Origin: Schizochytrium sp. TIO01
Lineage: Eukaryota; Protista; Bigyra: Labyrinthulomycetes
Reading direction: 5' to 3'
Assembly (NCBI GenBank): GCA_004764695.1
Contig: SMSO01000035.1
Location: forward strand, 4,290,040-4,354,039
Length of the DNA stretch: 64,000 bases
Positions 24,063-36,760 of this stretch are shown here, piece after piece. The position numbers were made by a program, and so were the translations under genes. Within the stretch, counting starts at the first letter, position 1, and every line of letters starts with the position of its first letter. A model generated the notes under the pieces. The model was not told the DNA's origin and did not search any database. It saw only the letters and a program-made list of their open reading frames with translations.

Positions 24063-24852
24063 GTGGGAAAGCAAAAAAGCATGCAAGGGCCAGTTCGGAA
24101 CGGAAAGTAGTGAGCTCCCGCATCTAACACTGCAAGTCTCCTGTGTACTTTCTTTCGGAATTAGAATGGAATTTATGTTTCGTCTTTATACTCAAGTAAA
24201 TAGCTATAGAGAGGGCTTGGTAACATCGCAGAAACTTGCACAACTCTTGTACTATATTTTACATTGAGGAGCGCAACCGCTACGGTTTGTGTGTGCCCCA
24301 GCGATATCTTACAGTGCACACCTATGTCCTCAACCTCTGTTGAGGGGACATTTGAGGGGACATGGTTGTGGACGGGACTGTGCGCTAGGAAAAGTCCCCA
24401 TACTTGCGCTAACCCTGTTCGGCTCTGCCGCGCTCTCGCGCTTTCAACGATCCCTAGACATGGCACAGCTGACGTTTTCAGACCTCAGAGACGTTAACTT
24501 AGGCTTCGTTTGCTCGCGCGAACTCGATCCACGTATCCTCGCTGCAGTGGGGAAGTAAAAGCCTAGATGAGTGTTTAGGGATTGTTGCGCAAACTTGCGC
24601 AAGACAAAGCTCCAGGGACCAAACGAGCAGCAAAAGTATCTATATCAAATGAGCAGTGGGCAAACGAACCCGCTAGGCGGGATTGTGGTGTTTGTTTCTG
24701 AAGGCCAAAACTGGCAAGGAGAGCACCAGGCAAGGTGCTTTAGTAGAAAGTTGGATTTGAGAACTTGAGTTTGTTAAAAGCAAAACCAGAACCAAGTTCA
24801 ATTCAAGGCCAAGTCAGACAGAAATTAGTCGGAAAGGTGTGGTTCGAAAAAT

Positions 24853-26325
24853 ATGGCGGCCTCAATGAGCAAGCTATTGGAAACAGCCAGGACCAATCCT
24901 CGTGAAGCTGTGTTTTTAACCTGGATAATGGTTGTACTTGCGTTACAGCAGTATGAGAGCTTTGTTTCGCAGCGTAGAGGTGTTGACTCAGAGGCTGACG
25001 GAGCATCCGTCTCGATTCGAGGCAAAAAGTTTGTGATGAGTAAGGGGGCTGCAACGAATTTGGGTTGGGCAGGTGTCTTGGAGTATTGTGCAACCTCAGT
25101 AGTGCGACTGACAGAAGCCGTAGCTATGTTTAAGCTTGGCGATCGAGCATTTGCCCCTTCAAAGGTCTCCAAAATGTCTGCTTGGCATCGCGCTCGGAAT
25201 CTTCTCTGGGCAGCGTTTGCTCTCTTGCCAGTTCTTGATCTTTTTGTTCCGGAAGACTGGACCAATCCGCTTCCAGAGGATCAAAAGAAGTACAAGAACG
25301 ACTCTCGATTTCGATTACCGCTGTACTTGTGGACTGCGGCTGAGTTACTGACTACTTATAAGGCTGTTGCAGTGCTAAGCAACCCCACATCGAGTCTCGG
25401 TATCTGGGAAAAGCTCGGAATTCTAGCCTCTCTTGCACTGTTCAACGGAGGCGTCGGCATCAACGCATCCCATGAGCTGGTGCATAAAGACAGTCTATTT
25501 GAGAATATTTGTGCCAATGCACTCTTGGTGAACTGCAACTATGTACATTGGGGTTTCGAACATACTGAAGGACACCACAAGAATGTAGCAACACCTGAAG
25601 ACCCCGCTACGTCTCGATTGAACGAAAATGTATATGCGTTTTTACCTCGCACATTTGTGGGTTCTTGGCTGTCAGCCTTGAGATTGGAGCGAGAACGTTT
25701 GAAAGGAGAGGCAGGTATAACCTCAATCTATAAAAACCGGATGGTTTGGTCAACTTTGTTACCCTTCTTTTGGGCGATCATTATCGCACGTACGTCGGGT
25801 GGCTCTATCCCGAAAGCACTAAAGTATTTCTACTTGCAGGGTTTAGGCGCAGCGTCACTGCTTGAGGTTGTCAACTACATCGAGCATTATGGTTTGCGTC
25901 GAGAGAAGCTTCCGGATGATTCCTATGAAAAGGTAAACCCGCGCCACTCGTGGAATGCTCCGCATCGTTTGTCAAATACATTTTTGTATAAATTACAACG
26001 GCATAGTGATCACCACACCTTTGAACGAAGGCCATATCATTTACTTCGCAACTTTCAAGAGTCTCCGCAGCTACCATCGGGATACCCTGGTTTGATAACT
26101 CTTGCCTTTTTCCCTGCTCTTTTTCGTGCAATTATGAATCCCTTGGTGAAAGCAAATGAAAATCGCAGCCTTGAAGGAGGTGAAGAGCAATGGCAAATTG
26201 CAAGCGAATCTGCTCGAAAAAAAATGGCAGTTTACTCTGCAGGATTTCTTGTGCTAAGTACGTTTGGTCTCGTCGCTTCAGAGAGGAATCGATTGAGTCT
26301 CGTTCGCGCCTCAGCTACGATCTGA
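24853..26325 (+). CDS. alkB: Alkane 1-monooxygenase (AlkB-type integral-membrane di-iron hydroxylase)
   Basis: All AlkB histidine motifs are present: HELVHK (25471), EHTEGHH (25558), NYIEHYGL (HYG motif, 25873) and LQRHSDHH (25993). Also VATPEDPATSR, HSWN and PQLPSGY. An alternative ATG at 25174 gives 383 aa. Confidence 0.93.
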   Translation: MAASMSKLLETARTNPREAVFLTWIMVVLALQQYESFVSQRRGVDSEADGASVSIRGKKFVMSKGAATNLGWAGVLEYCATSVVRLTEAVAMFKLGDRAFAPSKVSKMSAWHRARNLLWAAFALLPVLDLFVPEDWTNPLPEDQKKYKNDSRFRLPLYLWTAAELLTTYKAVAVLSNPTSSLGIWEKLGILASLALFNGGVGINASHELVHKDSLFENICANALLVNCNYVHWGFEHTEGHHKNVATPEDPATSRLNENVYAFLPRTFVGSWLSALRLERERLKGEAGITSIYKNRMVWSTLLPFFWAIIIARTSGGSIPKALKYFYLQGLGAASLLEVVNYIEHYGLRREKLPDDSYEKVNPRHSWNAPHRLSNTFLYKLQRHSDHHTFERRPYHLLRNFQESPQLPSGYPGLITLAFFPALFRAIMNPLVKANENRSLEGGEEQWQIASESARKKMAVYSAGFLVLSTFGLVASERNRLSLVRASATI

Positions 26326-29042
26326 CCTAACATGACAATAACAAATAATCCCCCTTGATGATTGATTTTGCTCAAATTTGTTGTCACAAGATCGCATGCA
26401 TGGCTACTTAGAAAAGATCACGAGATCTAGTTCACCTATAAAAAGATAAATGTAGAATTTCTCATCTTGTTTTATTATTGTAATAATAATAATAATAATT
26501 ACTTTTAAAAAGAGTAGCTGCCGAAGGGATCATCTAAACCAGTGCCGATAATTTGCTTTCCGAAAGTCACATTCGAAGGAAGGAGTTTCCGGCGTCAAAA
26601 ATCTTGTACAGGTTGGTTGAAGGGTTTTACTGCATTCTGGTAGTATTACGCGCTCTGAATAACCCATATTACTTATCGTATATAAGGAACCATGCACACA
26701 TTCTACCAGAATGATATCGTTACCACATATTTTTGATGGCTGCCACTCATTTACTTGAGTAGTTTATCGAGCCAAAAAAGTGGTCAACATGTAGGCTAGA
26801 GTTTTCTGAAGAAGTTTTACGAAAGCTGAGCTGATTTCATCTTTCCCGAAAAGCTTGGTTGGTTGAGATCTCTTCTAGGTTATGAAGAAGTAAAAGGTTC
26901 AACTTGAGAGCGACACCTGATATTCAGATCTTCGAATTCTATTTAACCAATGAAAGACGTGCTGTCTCGGGTCTCTATGCGATAAATCATCGGAAAACTA
27001 AATGAGTAACAGTGTAGAAGGTTAGACATGATGACGGATGTCTCTTTCATATTTACAGTAGCAGGTAGTACAGTAGCATGTCATTCATTCTATTTTTTTT
27101 TCGAAAAAAATAAAAATTATATTCACCCTATCCACATTCTGTAATTTGTAATTTGCATCCCAAAGGCCGGGTCGCGCCTCCATCCGTTTCCTAAATTTCA
27201 CACTGCTGGCAGTGCCAATAGCTTTAAGTTGGAAAAAATCACCCTGATTAGTTACAACTTACAACTACCCAGGAAAGTCTTCAGGTAGAATATTGGCTGC
27301 AGTGCGTCCCTAGGCTCCTTTCGTTCCACCTTTCGTCTTTCTCTTTGCCTGCACGTGCGCCCAACCTTATCCGGTGGTAATTTGAGAACCAGAGCCATCC
27401 AATTCATAATCTCCTAACCACTGCTTCGTCGCACTTCTGTTGAATTTGGAAACCAAGCAGCCTGCATTCATTGTTGAACCCAAGGAGTGTTTCGAAATCG
27501 AAGAGAAAGGAAAGAACCACACGCTTGCACTGAGCATTTGAGCCCTGCCAACTTCAACGTCCTGAGCCCTGAGCAGCATGTGCTGCAGTTGCCGTACAAC
27601 TGCCGCGTCAGAACAAATGTGGGTAGCAACAGTGCAGTGTGTCGCGACATCAATTTCGCAATTTGCAGGCGCTTAACGGGAAGCACGTGGCAAGCAAAGC
27701 AAGCACTTGCCAGCCAACTCCTCGTCTGGTTTTGGCTCCAGGTAAGTCGATGGTTAACCAACCAAAGATCGCCATCATCGTCATAAGTTCAACAAAAGCT
27801 GTCCACGAGCAATTCGACGATGGCTGATGTGCATTGATTGCGTCAAGAAGACTTGCAATGCCGAACTTGAAGCGAAGCAAGCAAAAGGTTTAGGCAATTT
27901 ACGCACGCATGAGCTGCTTCTTCGAAATCTCAAGCCCCGGCGGGCACGGGAAAATGCACTATTCGTCTTAGAGACATAAAGGAGCGATGCATCAAAACTG
28001 AATACAGGATCAGTTCATGTATATGTTTTGTTATGTATGTATGTATGGATGGATGGATTGTGGCTGCACGCAGGCTAGCAACAGTGGCAGGGAAGCAAGC
28101 ACCAGCAAAGATGGCCGTAGAAAGTGCTGACGTGCACAGATTGGAAGAGCTTTCAAGATTGTGTGTGACCACTCACTGGAATACTCACTCACTACCTTCT
28201 ATAAAGACAAAAGAAGATTTCGGCGAGGTACCTATATCATTTACTAATTACATATAATTTTAAACATCTAATTAGATTTTTATACCAAAAAAAAAAAAAA
28301 AAGCTCTGATTTTTTCTTCTTTTTGATCTAAAATATCTAAAAACTAAAAACACCTTATTATTATTATTTATTTAAAATTTATTATACATACATCAAATGA
28401 ACTCGAAAAGATCTCCTTATTTAGAAAGATTTTCATTTTATTTTATTTAAATTAATCAACCATATTTCATAGTAAGATCTCTCGAAGATCTCTGGAGGTT
28501 ATCTTGAGAGTGCCTCCACTCCGTGCCCAGAGCTCGGTACTCGCACCGACCAACAGTCGCGGACCCGAGCCAGAGCTCCTCCTGCCCACACCCAGTCGCT
28601 CAGACCCCAAGGGCAGCCTGAGGCTTGCTGCGATGCGCTGCTGACGGAGCGTTCACCACTCGCCATTTATTCTTCGTCAGACAGAGCTCATCTCGCTCGT
28701 CGACTGTCCTCGCTGTACTGCGAGGTTCTCTTTGGCCAAAGAGCTCGAGTACGCGGCGAGGAAAGCTGCAGCTCCGCTCGACGGCTTGGACTTGAGCCGG
28801 AGCTTTCTTCAACTCCAGCGTCCAAGCTCGGTTTCGAGAGGGGACCATTACCCATGCACACGAACCCGACTTTGGAGATCCGGGTACGCGTGCAGAAAAC
28901 CCTCAAACCCGAGCGTCGCTCCGCTTCGATTCGCTTCGAGTTGTCTGCTTGTTTGCACAAACCTGCGCAGCGGAGCCCCCTTTGCCGGCAAGTGGTCCTT
29001 CAAAGCGCTCGCAGTCCACTCTGCCTTCGAGCTTTTGCCCGC

Positions 29043-29108
29043 GCCAACGGAGTTCTTCGCGAACGGAGTTCTTCGCCAACGGAGTTCTTCGCCATCAGAG
29101 TTCTTCGC
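29043..29108. repeat. 16-bp tandem repeat (GCCAACGGAGTTCTTC) x4
   Basis: Units at 29043, 29059, 29075 and 29091 (last one diverged), with no spacers. Confidence 0.9.
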
Positions 29109-31622
29109 AAAAGGCGCAGTTCTAAGAGCCACGGGCACTTCTGGACGAACCACAATCTCGCCGATGTGCGGGGCGACTCTTCGCCTGCGTGGGCGGCATC
29201 GACTCCCGCCCGCGGCGTCCCCACGGTCGACCCGCGAGGGGTTCGCCTTTGCAGGCGTTTGCGCCGAGGGGCTGCTCAGCCATGCATGGTACCCCTCGGT
29301 CCTTTCTGGTCCGCGAGGCGTCGAATGCGGCAAACAGACGACCTTTGCGCTTGCTGCTGCTGCTGCTGATGATGATGATGGTGGTGATGGTGCACGAGGC
29401 TTGCAGAAGGAAGACTGTCGAGGGCGCGGGAGTCGAGCGGGCGAAGCTCTTCGTGCCAGACAGGCAGCCAACCAGAGCTCGCGTGGGGCGCCGCGAAGAA
29501 CTTTGAACTGCAAATGAGACCAGTATCTTCGCATTTTATGAAGGGACCTTTTATTATTTATCACTATTGTTATTATTATTATTAATTGCTAGTGTTGTTA
29601 CTATTAAGTTAATCATTGATGTAAAAAATTGGTATTTAGTTCTTCGATTTAGAAATTCTAAGTATGGAAGATAGATTTATTTTAAGAAGAGGCACAGGTA
29701 TGTGAGAAAGATCGAACAAGAATGAGCACGAAATAAGACACGATGTTTGATTTTGATTTGTATAGGTGTACACTAAAGCCAAACCACCTATGTATGTATC
29801 TTCAAGTTGCTGAAGTCGAAAGGTGCTAGAAAAGTCTTCACGAAGACAGATATAATCTGAGAAAAAAAAATGCGTATGGACTTCCAATCGCAGCGTGTGA
29901 GTGTCTTATTTAGCGGCTTTCAAGTACGGGTGGCAAAGTTTGTTTTTAAAGTATGTTATTAAAAAATCAAAAACAATACTTTTGAAAAAAAAAAAAAAAA
30001 AAACATACTAGTAGTATTTAATGATCTTTTTCTTTTTTTAAATACAAATTAAAAAAAGAAAAAAAGAAGCTTATTTTAAAAAAGTCAATGAAGTAGACAA
30101 AATAATGGGATTTAAAAAATAGCGACGTGTTGGGCCGCCATCTTGCTTGCGCGAGGCAACTTCAGGTGTGCACTGGTGCAAATGAGCGACCTCCCGTAAA
30201 ACTTGGCGATCTTGAAATGAAGTTGTTCGATCTACTCCAACAAATCCGGCTTGGAGTAGGCAGGACAGACGGACCCCTGCCCTGTTCTCGATTTAACTCA
30301 AACTGTAGAGACTCTCTCCAAAAAAAAAAATGAACTTTGATCTTGCTGTGTTCGTTCAATTTAGATGTAATTTAACTCTCACGATGCATGAATCTTGGTT
30401 TGTGATCCGAGTGCGACGATGTCGATGCACTACGCACTGCAAGTTAACATCAACAATACCTCAATATGCGAGGAAGCAAAGTAGCGAATCATGATTGTGA
30501 ATTAAGACGCCGGTTTCTTTTTAGGATAATCCGAGCCATTTCCACATCAACCACGACTCCGTCTTGCGAATGCAAAAGAAAACATGCGGCAAGCTCTCGC
30601 AATTACAGAACCTACGTTTAAGAAAAACAAAACAAAAAAAACAGGACAATAGCAAGATCAACCTGTATTGTCTTATGCATCCAAGTAGATTTACGCAGAA
30701 CATCAGAGTACTCGAAAGTACAGACTTTTTTGAGGTCTCAACTCTTACATACTCAAAAGAAAGAGGGGAGCCGCGCACTTGAATGGCCGCAACATGTAGT
30801 ACTCAGGCACTGTGCGCTTGGTTTTTAGCAGTGTCGGTACGCACCGTTGAATGAGCAAAGTGATATTCTATGAGCCACTGTAATTCGGGCACTTTTGTTG
30901 GTTTTGTAAAGTCTCGCGTACTCACACGTGCCATAAAGGTCATCCATGAAAACAAGTGTAGTCGTTTTGCGGCTCGAGCCGAAATTACTTTTGGTAAGGT
31001 ATTTCTTGATACGAAGGCTGTCAAGACGTGTCAAGCGTTCTCAAATACTCAATGCCAGCAAGACCCCAGTAGTTAGCAGGACTGCCTGTGCATTCAAGTT
31101 CTTGCAATCTTTTCGCTCGGTGGCCCACGAGGATAAGGCCCAATTTTTATTCGCATTCGCCAACGGCCGCTGCTCTTCGAGCTTTCGCAAAGGAACACAC
31201 GCACGAAACGGAGCTGCGAGTGCATGCCATCGAGTACCGCTATCTCAAGCAGGTTGACGTTCAAGTTTAGATTCGTGAGTACCCAGAGTTCAAGTGGCTT
31301 TGATTTGATTTCGTCCTGCGTGCACTACTGCTAAGGTACATCCTAGGATGCCCTAGAAGATTCCCTCGCTCGCACATTAATTTTCTGAAACTTCTAACTA
31401 AAAAACGAGGCTGGAGAGGCGACTCAAAAGTATCTTGACTTTGGCTGGCCAGCACGGTAGGTAGCTCACCCAACCCATCGCTCAAGCTATGATTCTATCA
31501 ATCGAGCCTCGGCCTTGGCCCCGTCCGTCATGGTCCTTGATGAGCTCAGTTCGATCCTCCACGTAAACTTCACTGTTTTCGAGTGCAAGAATTGAGGGCA
31601 ATAGATCCGAGTGCACATAATG

Positions 31623-31691
31623 TTTTCTTCCCTTTTCTTCTCTTTTCTTTTCTTTCTTTCTTTTCTTTCTTTCTTTTCTTTTCTTTCTTTC
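31623..31691. repeat. Polypyrimidine (TTTC/TTTTC)n tract
   Basis: Continuous T/C tract. Confidence 0.85.
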
Positions 31692-31945
31692 AAGTTTCAT
31701 CTCATTTCCTCCCTTTCCTTTCATCGTTCTACTGGGAAAGCTGATGAAGAAGCTCGACGACGAAAGTCCATCGTGGAGCTGAGCAGCGGCGCATATACTT
31801 TATGGCTGTTGCTCGAGACAGCTCTGCGGTCATTCAGCCTGCACGACCTTGACATCATCTGGCTTCTCTCGCATTCCTGCACAGCACTCTGGCGTGTGCA
31901 TGTCCTCTTTCTCCCGAATCTCAGATTTCGACGACGGATGATAGG

Positions 31946-31946
31946 A

Positions 31947-31976
<30 letters not shown>
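31946..31976. repeat. (AAAG)n microsatellite
   Basis: aaagaaagaaagaaagaaagaaagaaagaaag. Confidence 0.9.
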
Positions 31977-31977
<1 letters not shown>

Positions 31978-33876
31978 GACTTCTGAGACGAGACCGAAAA
32001 GGTCAAAGGAATACTCGGAATCAGTACATAGTTTAAAAGTATAATATTACTATTTTGTTTTAAAAGTTAAAATTAATTTAAAATAAAGTAAAATCTCTGT
32101 GAAAGAGTTCTCAGCGAGTCAAGTCACAACATTAGTTTTTGTTTTTCTTTTTGTTTTTTTCTCTGTGAACTTGCAGAGGGATGGATGATGATTAGATTGA
32201 GCTTCTACGCAAGTCAAAGGGTTTACAGGAATAGCTCTGTGGAACTTGATCCTGTTCAAGCAGGAGGATAAGTAAGATCGTACCTTGGGCGAATGAGTAC
32301 GTAGGTAATTCCCTCAGAAGTAATTCTATAAGACTTTTTTAATATCTATATATATATTTTAAAACTATTCTTTCATCAAATTTCAATGCATATATCACGA
32401 TATACCATGCATGATATTTAAAAAAAAAAGATGGAAAATGAAAATGAAATACAATCTTCAGGTTTTCGAAAGTACTTAGTAGAACGCTGAAAAAGTGAAG
32501 GAGAGACGGAGAATGTGGATTCTTTCATTCTCAAGCAATGCAGGATTCTCGAAGTTCCCCTATACAGCTCGCTACGCTGCGGCTTAACAACCCACAGATA
32601 TACGACCCAGAGATTCCCTCTTCGAATCCAAATCAACTGTGTGGGTGGAATCGGCGCCCTCCCGGTTCAATTACAGAGACGCCCACCCTACGCCATCGCC
32701 TAGTAGTCGCATAAGACTCATCGACTCCGTCCCGCCGTCAATGCTCACTAGTACAGGTACCAGCGAGAGAAGAGAAACGTGCCGAGACGGAAAGCTCTTC
32801 AGAGAGCGGACGATTGGCCAAGCTTGAAGACCGTCGAAGATCAAAGGCCTTGGCTCAAGGCCGCCCAGCAGAGGCCCGGAGCTTGCGTCTTGGCGCCTCT
32901 GAGCAGCTTGCTAGGGCTGTTTCGACGAAAGACGGACGCCAGACCATTCTGCGGGAGGCTGTTATTTCACAAGTGCTGCACAGTGTCAGTCTTAGTGCTG
33001 GAAACGGCCAGAAATGGATTCTGTGCGAGCGAGATCGAACACGAAACCCGCACGAGATGATGCAGAGCAGCGTCGCAGAGAGCTGATGAAGACACTGGCC
33101 AGACGGACGGAGTCCTGCGTCACATGCGTGCAGCTTGCCTCGAGCTCGTCACGGCTGCTCGGCGGGGGTGGATTTTGGTTTTGGCGACGAGAATGGATTC
33201 TGGTCTCCGTCGACTCTAAAATCTGTCTGAAGAATCGGATCGCGGATCTCGAATGCACGCGCAATTCCAAGCCGGCCACCGCGAGCCCCGCTCGGGCCTC
33301 CATGCACACGACCCGCGCAGAGCGACAGACAGGCAAGTCGCCGGCAGAAGCCGCGGCTCTTGTCGGGAGGCCTTTCGCAGCTCCAAATCGAAGGAGATGA
33401 AGAAGCAAAGTGCAGCTCACATATCGCACACAGTTCCACTGTATGAGCATCGATGCGGCAGGTGCTTCATTAATGCACGTCAGTGTATTATTATACATAT
33501 TGGCCGCCATGGTGGTCAACACGTGCACGGCCATGATGGCAGATGCTGGAGGTGAGCGCCCTCACTTTCCGCAGCTCCCGATCTCCGACGCCGCCGCTGC
33601 AATGGATGCACTTCAGGGCTTGAAGGCGTCTGCTGCACGGAATAATCGCTGTATCAGCCGCTTCTTCGTCTTTGCGGGGGCTGTAGCTGCATTTTGTTGT
33701 CATTTCCATCCATCCACAACTTGATATATACATGTGATGGAGCGTCCAATAATAGTAATAAATGGTGCTTGTTTTCCAATAGTTCTTTATTTTAAAGAAT
33801 CAAAAGAAAATTCATGATGTTATGAAAATAATAAAAAGAAAGTGTCGAGCGTCACAGCTCTCATAGTGTTTAGTGG

Positions 33877-33898
33877 TAGGTAGGTAGGTAGGTAGGTA
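33877..33898. repeat. (TAGG)n microsatellite
   Basis: taggtaggtaggtaggtaggta. Confidence 0.9.
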
Positions 33899-34010
33899 CT
33901 ATCGTGGCGTGAAGCTTAACTTGAAATTTCATACTACAAGGACTTTTAGGTATGGAAAGCAGCTCTGCTCCGCATGTTGGCCTCAGCTAATTACTTTTCT
34001 GATGGTGTGA

Positions 34011-34058
34011 TAATGAATGAATGAATGAATGAATGAATGAATGGATGAATGAGTGAAT
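34011..34058. repeat. (TGAA)n microsatellite
   Basis: aatgaatgaatgaatg... with late imperfections. Confidence 0.9.
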
Positions 34059-35067
34059 AAAATTTCAGAACATCAAAAAGATAAACCAAACTCTGTCACG
34101 AGTACTCTCACCAGTCAGAGGAGTTAACATCTTTTAAGTTGGGTAAAAAACTTAACTCAAAGCAATCGCTCAATGGTCACGAGTATAGCAAAGTTTATGA
34201 TATTCTTAAATTTTACTTCTTTTTGCTTTAGAAAAGAATGAGAAAAGAATGCCTCAAGCGCCGCTGAAGCAATGCTTTGCTGAGTTGGGCCAAGTCAGCA
34301 GCTATCATACATAGCCAACTGCCCATGTCCCTGTTGAATGACTCGAAGAAGCATCCGCAGGTCGCGTTAACGTGTCTTCAGCGCCGATGCTATCAGCAGT
34401 GACACCGGCTGGCGGCGTTTTACAATCGAAGAAGGAGGCATCCAGGCCAAATTCCGGAGTGCCTCAGCCCCGTGTTTCTGTGCTTCTGGCCACTTTATTA
34501 TTTTTATTTTATAAATTTAAATAAATTCTAAAGAAAAAACTGGAGTTGAATTAGATACACTTTTTCGAATTGGAGAGAATATAACATAACTCTGAAAGTA
34601 GCGAAAGTTCGACTATTATTACTTTCATCACTCACTATCATTGAGTTTGTGTGTGTGTTTTTAATCATCAAAACGATTTGACATTTTTTTTAATTAAAAA
34701 AAAAAATCATCTCAACATCATTACCATGTATCTGGAGATTTGGAAGCGAAGATGGCAGAAAGGAAGAATGGTGAAGTTTTGAGTTCCACCAAAGTCCCAG
34801 TAAATTCAGTCGAAGCAGCTTTCCATGCTTCAGGTCTAACTGCAAGAGAAGGCTTGGCTGGCGCAATCCTGGAAGGATAGAAAGCTGAAGGGATGGGAAT
34901 GGCTCGTACTTGAAGGGAGGGGTCTCTGTCTGTTTGTCCACCGACTCGTTCCACCCATCACAGCCCCTCTCGCCAGCTAGAGTCGGCATTCAGTCCAACC
35001 ATCAATTGGCTTGAAGATTGATGATCTATCATCGCCTTCGCAGCAGCTGCATTCTCTGTGAAGGAGG

Positions 35068-35128
35068 TTAGTCAGTGAGTGAGTTAGTTTGTTAGTTAGT
35101 TAGTCAGTTAGTCAGTGAGTGAGTGAGT
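35068..35128. repeat. Compound (TTAG/TCAG/TGAG)n microsatellite
   Basis: ttagtcagtgagtgagttag...ttagttagttagtcagttagtcagtgagtgagtgag. Confidence 0.8.
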
Positions 35129-36675
35129 GATTGATAGTGAGTTAGTTCCCTCGCGCCGTCACGACCTTTGACACTTCAGTTCCCGAGCCCTGAGAACCAA
35201 CAATGAAGAGTGCCCTTAATTAGTTTGGGCTGCCGCCGTCAAGAATCGCGATGGAGGCCATGCCATGACATGCCATGCCATGCCGTGGCATCGTCTTCTT
35301 CCCCGCCCATCATGATCGCCGCCATTTTAATTATGGGCTTCCGCTGCGATGGCTCCGACTTGCTCGAGGTTATCGTGGCGGCGGCGGCGCCTCGAGACTT
35401 AGCATCGTGGAATCGATTGGGTGGTGGCGCGAAGCGCTCGGCGGGCTCACGAGCTGCGAACCGGGAGGCCGCCGAGGTCCACCAGCTGCTCGCTCCTGGC
35501 CACCACTGCGACGAGGAGCTTTCGAGGCAGCTTGGCTCCAACCAAGAGCTTCCGCCGCTCTCGATGCCGTCCACCATGAACTCCCTCCGAGTTGGGACCA
35601 GCGCAGCGAGCATCGACGGGCGATGCTGACCATCCCATCGCCCCAATCGCCATCCCAATCGCCGCTGAGCTGCGCTTGCGCTGCGCTGCGCTCATGTTCA
35701 GACCGCCGCAAAGCAACGAAGCTGCAATATTCCAAGCTCCAGAGAGGTCATCGCCAACGGATATCTATCGATGTGCTGAGGAAGCCGGGCCCACGGGCTG
35801 GCTGAGTCTTCTTCAAGCCCGGCGTCGCGGTCGTCCTCCAGAGCCCGCTTCCGGAATCTGCCTGCATGCCTGCCTGTCTGTACGTATGTCTGTCCTGTCA
35901 GCGTGTCTGTCTATCGCTCTTGGACTGCGACGAGGAGGGCCTCGAGATCCTGTTCGTGAGACGACCATCTGTATCTATTTGCCAATCTGTCTATATATAT
36001 ATTTATCTTATCTGTCTTCTCCTCTGTCTCTGCCATCCATCGTCCTCGCACTTTTCTTGCCGCGCGCGCTTTTGCTCCACATTGCCTTCGTTGCTATTAA
36101 AAAAAAATTAAAAATAAAATGAAATTAACGAAATAGTAACAACAAATCGAAACAGAACAACGTACGTAAAAGGCTTTTCTTTCATTTAGAACTACACAGA
36201 AAGAGCGACCGGTAGCAGTGCCTAGCCGCCGCCTATGCGATTTAATGGCGAGCTGCAAAACGCACGGACAAGATGGAGGGTGGAAAGCCCTTTCAACTTG
36301 AAGGGGCTGAGGCGGCCAGCTAGCAGATACTGGTAGTAGTTCCGCTACCAGAGGGGAAGGCCGCACTTAAAGTAAGTGCGGCAGTTAGGACTAAGGAGGC
36401 AGGCTTCGTTGGTTCGATCGATCGTCATTGATGGTCCGGGAGAGATCGATCGTGGGCGAAGCTGCAGCAGCGGTTTGAATTTGCAGCGATGGGTGATTGA
36501 GACCTCCGTCCATCCGTCCATCCATCAGTCCACTCACGCTCGAAGAGGGGCGAAAAGCGAAAGAAAAGCGAGACGCGCGAAGACGAGTAGTCTCGAGGTT
36601 TCTTGCCAGCTCCTTCTTTCCTGAAACTAACTACTAATAACTGCTCACCAACTCACTTGTAATTTATTTGACTTG

Positions 36676-36760
36676 AAAAGAAAAAAGAAAAGAAAAGAAA
36701 AGACTAAAACTAAAACTAAAACTAAACTAAAACTAAAACTAAAACTAAAACTAAAAAACT
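36676..36760. repeat. (GAAAA)n followed by (CTAAAA)x8 microsatellite
   Basis: gaaaagaaaa...actaaaactaaaactaaaa... Confidence 0.9.

Noticed and set aside
29043-29108. Short direct repeats as a CRISPR array
   Set aside because: 16-bp units are directly adjacent with no unique spacers, there are no cas genes, and the context is eukaryotic.
28732-29564. 261-aa, 238-aa and 171-aa overlapping ORFs
   Set aside because: A GC-rich, repeat-containing island where stops are rare in several frames on both strands. No family motifs.
30825-31034. LVFMDDLYGT as a Walker B or PRTase motif
   Set aside because: An isolated short match in a 69-aa non-ATG ORF with no supporting motifs.
32660-32690. GGTTCAATT as a tRNA T-loop (also GGTTCGA at 8203, 24841, 36411, 39829)
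   Set aside because: Flanks do not form a T-stem or cloverleaf.
35210-36122. Several overlapping 120-176-aa ORFs
   Set aside because: Both strands and multiple frames are open because of high GC, and nothing is recognisable.
36704-36757. (CTAAAA)n as an interstitial telomere
   Set aside because: The unit TTTTAG lacks the G-run typical of telomeric repeats and continues from a GAAAA microsatellite.
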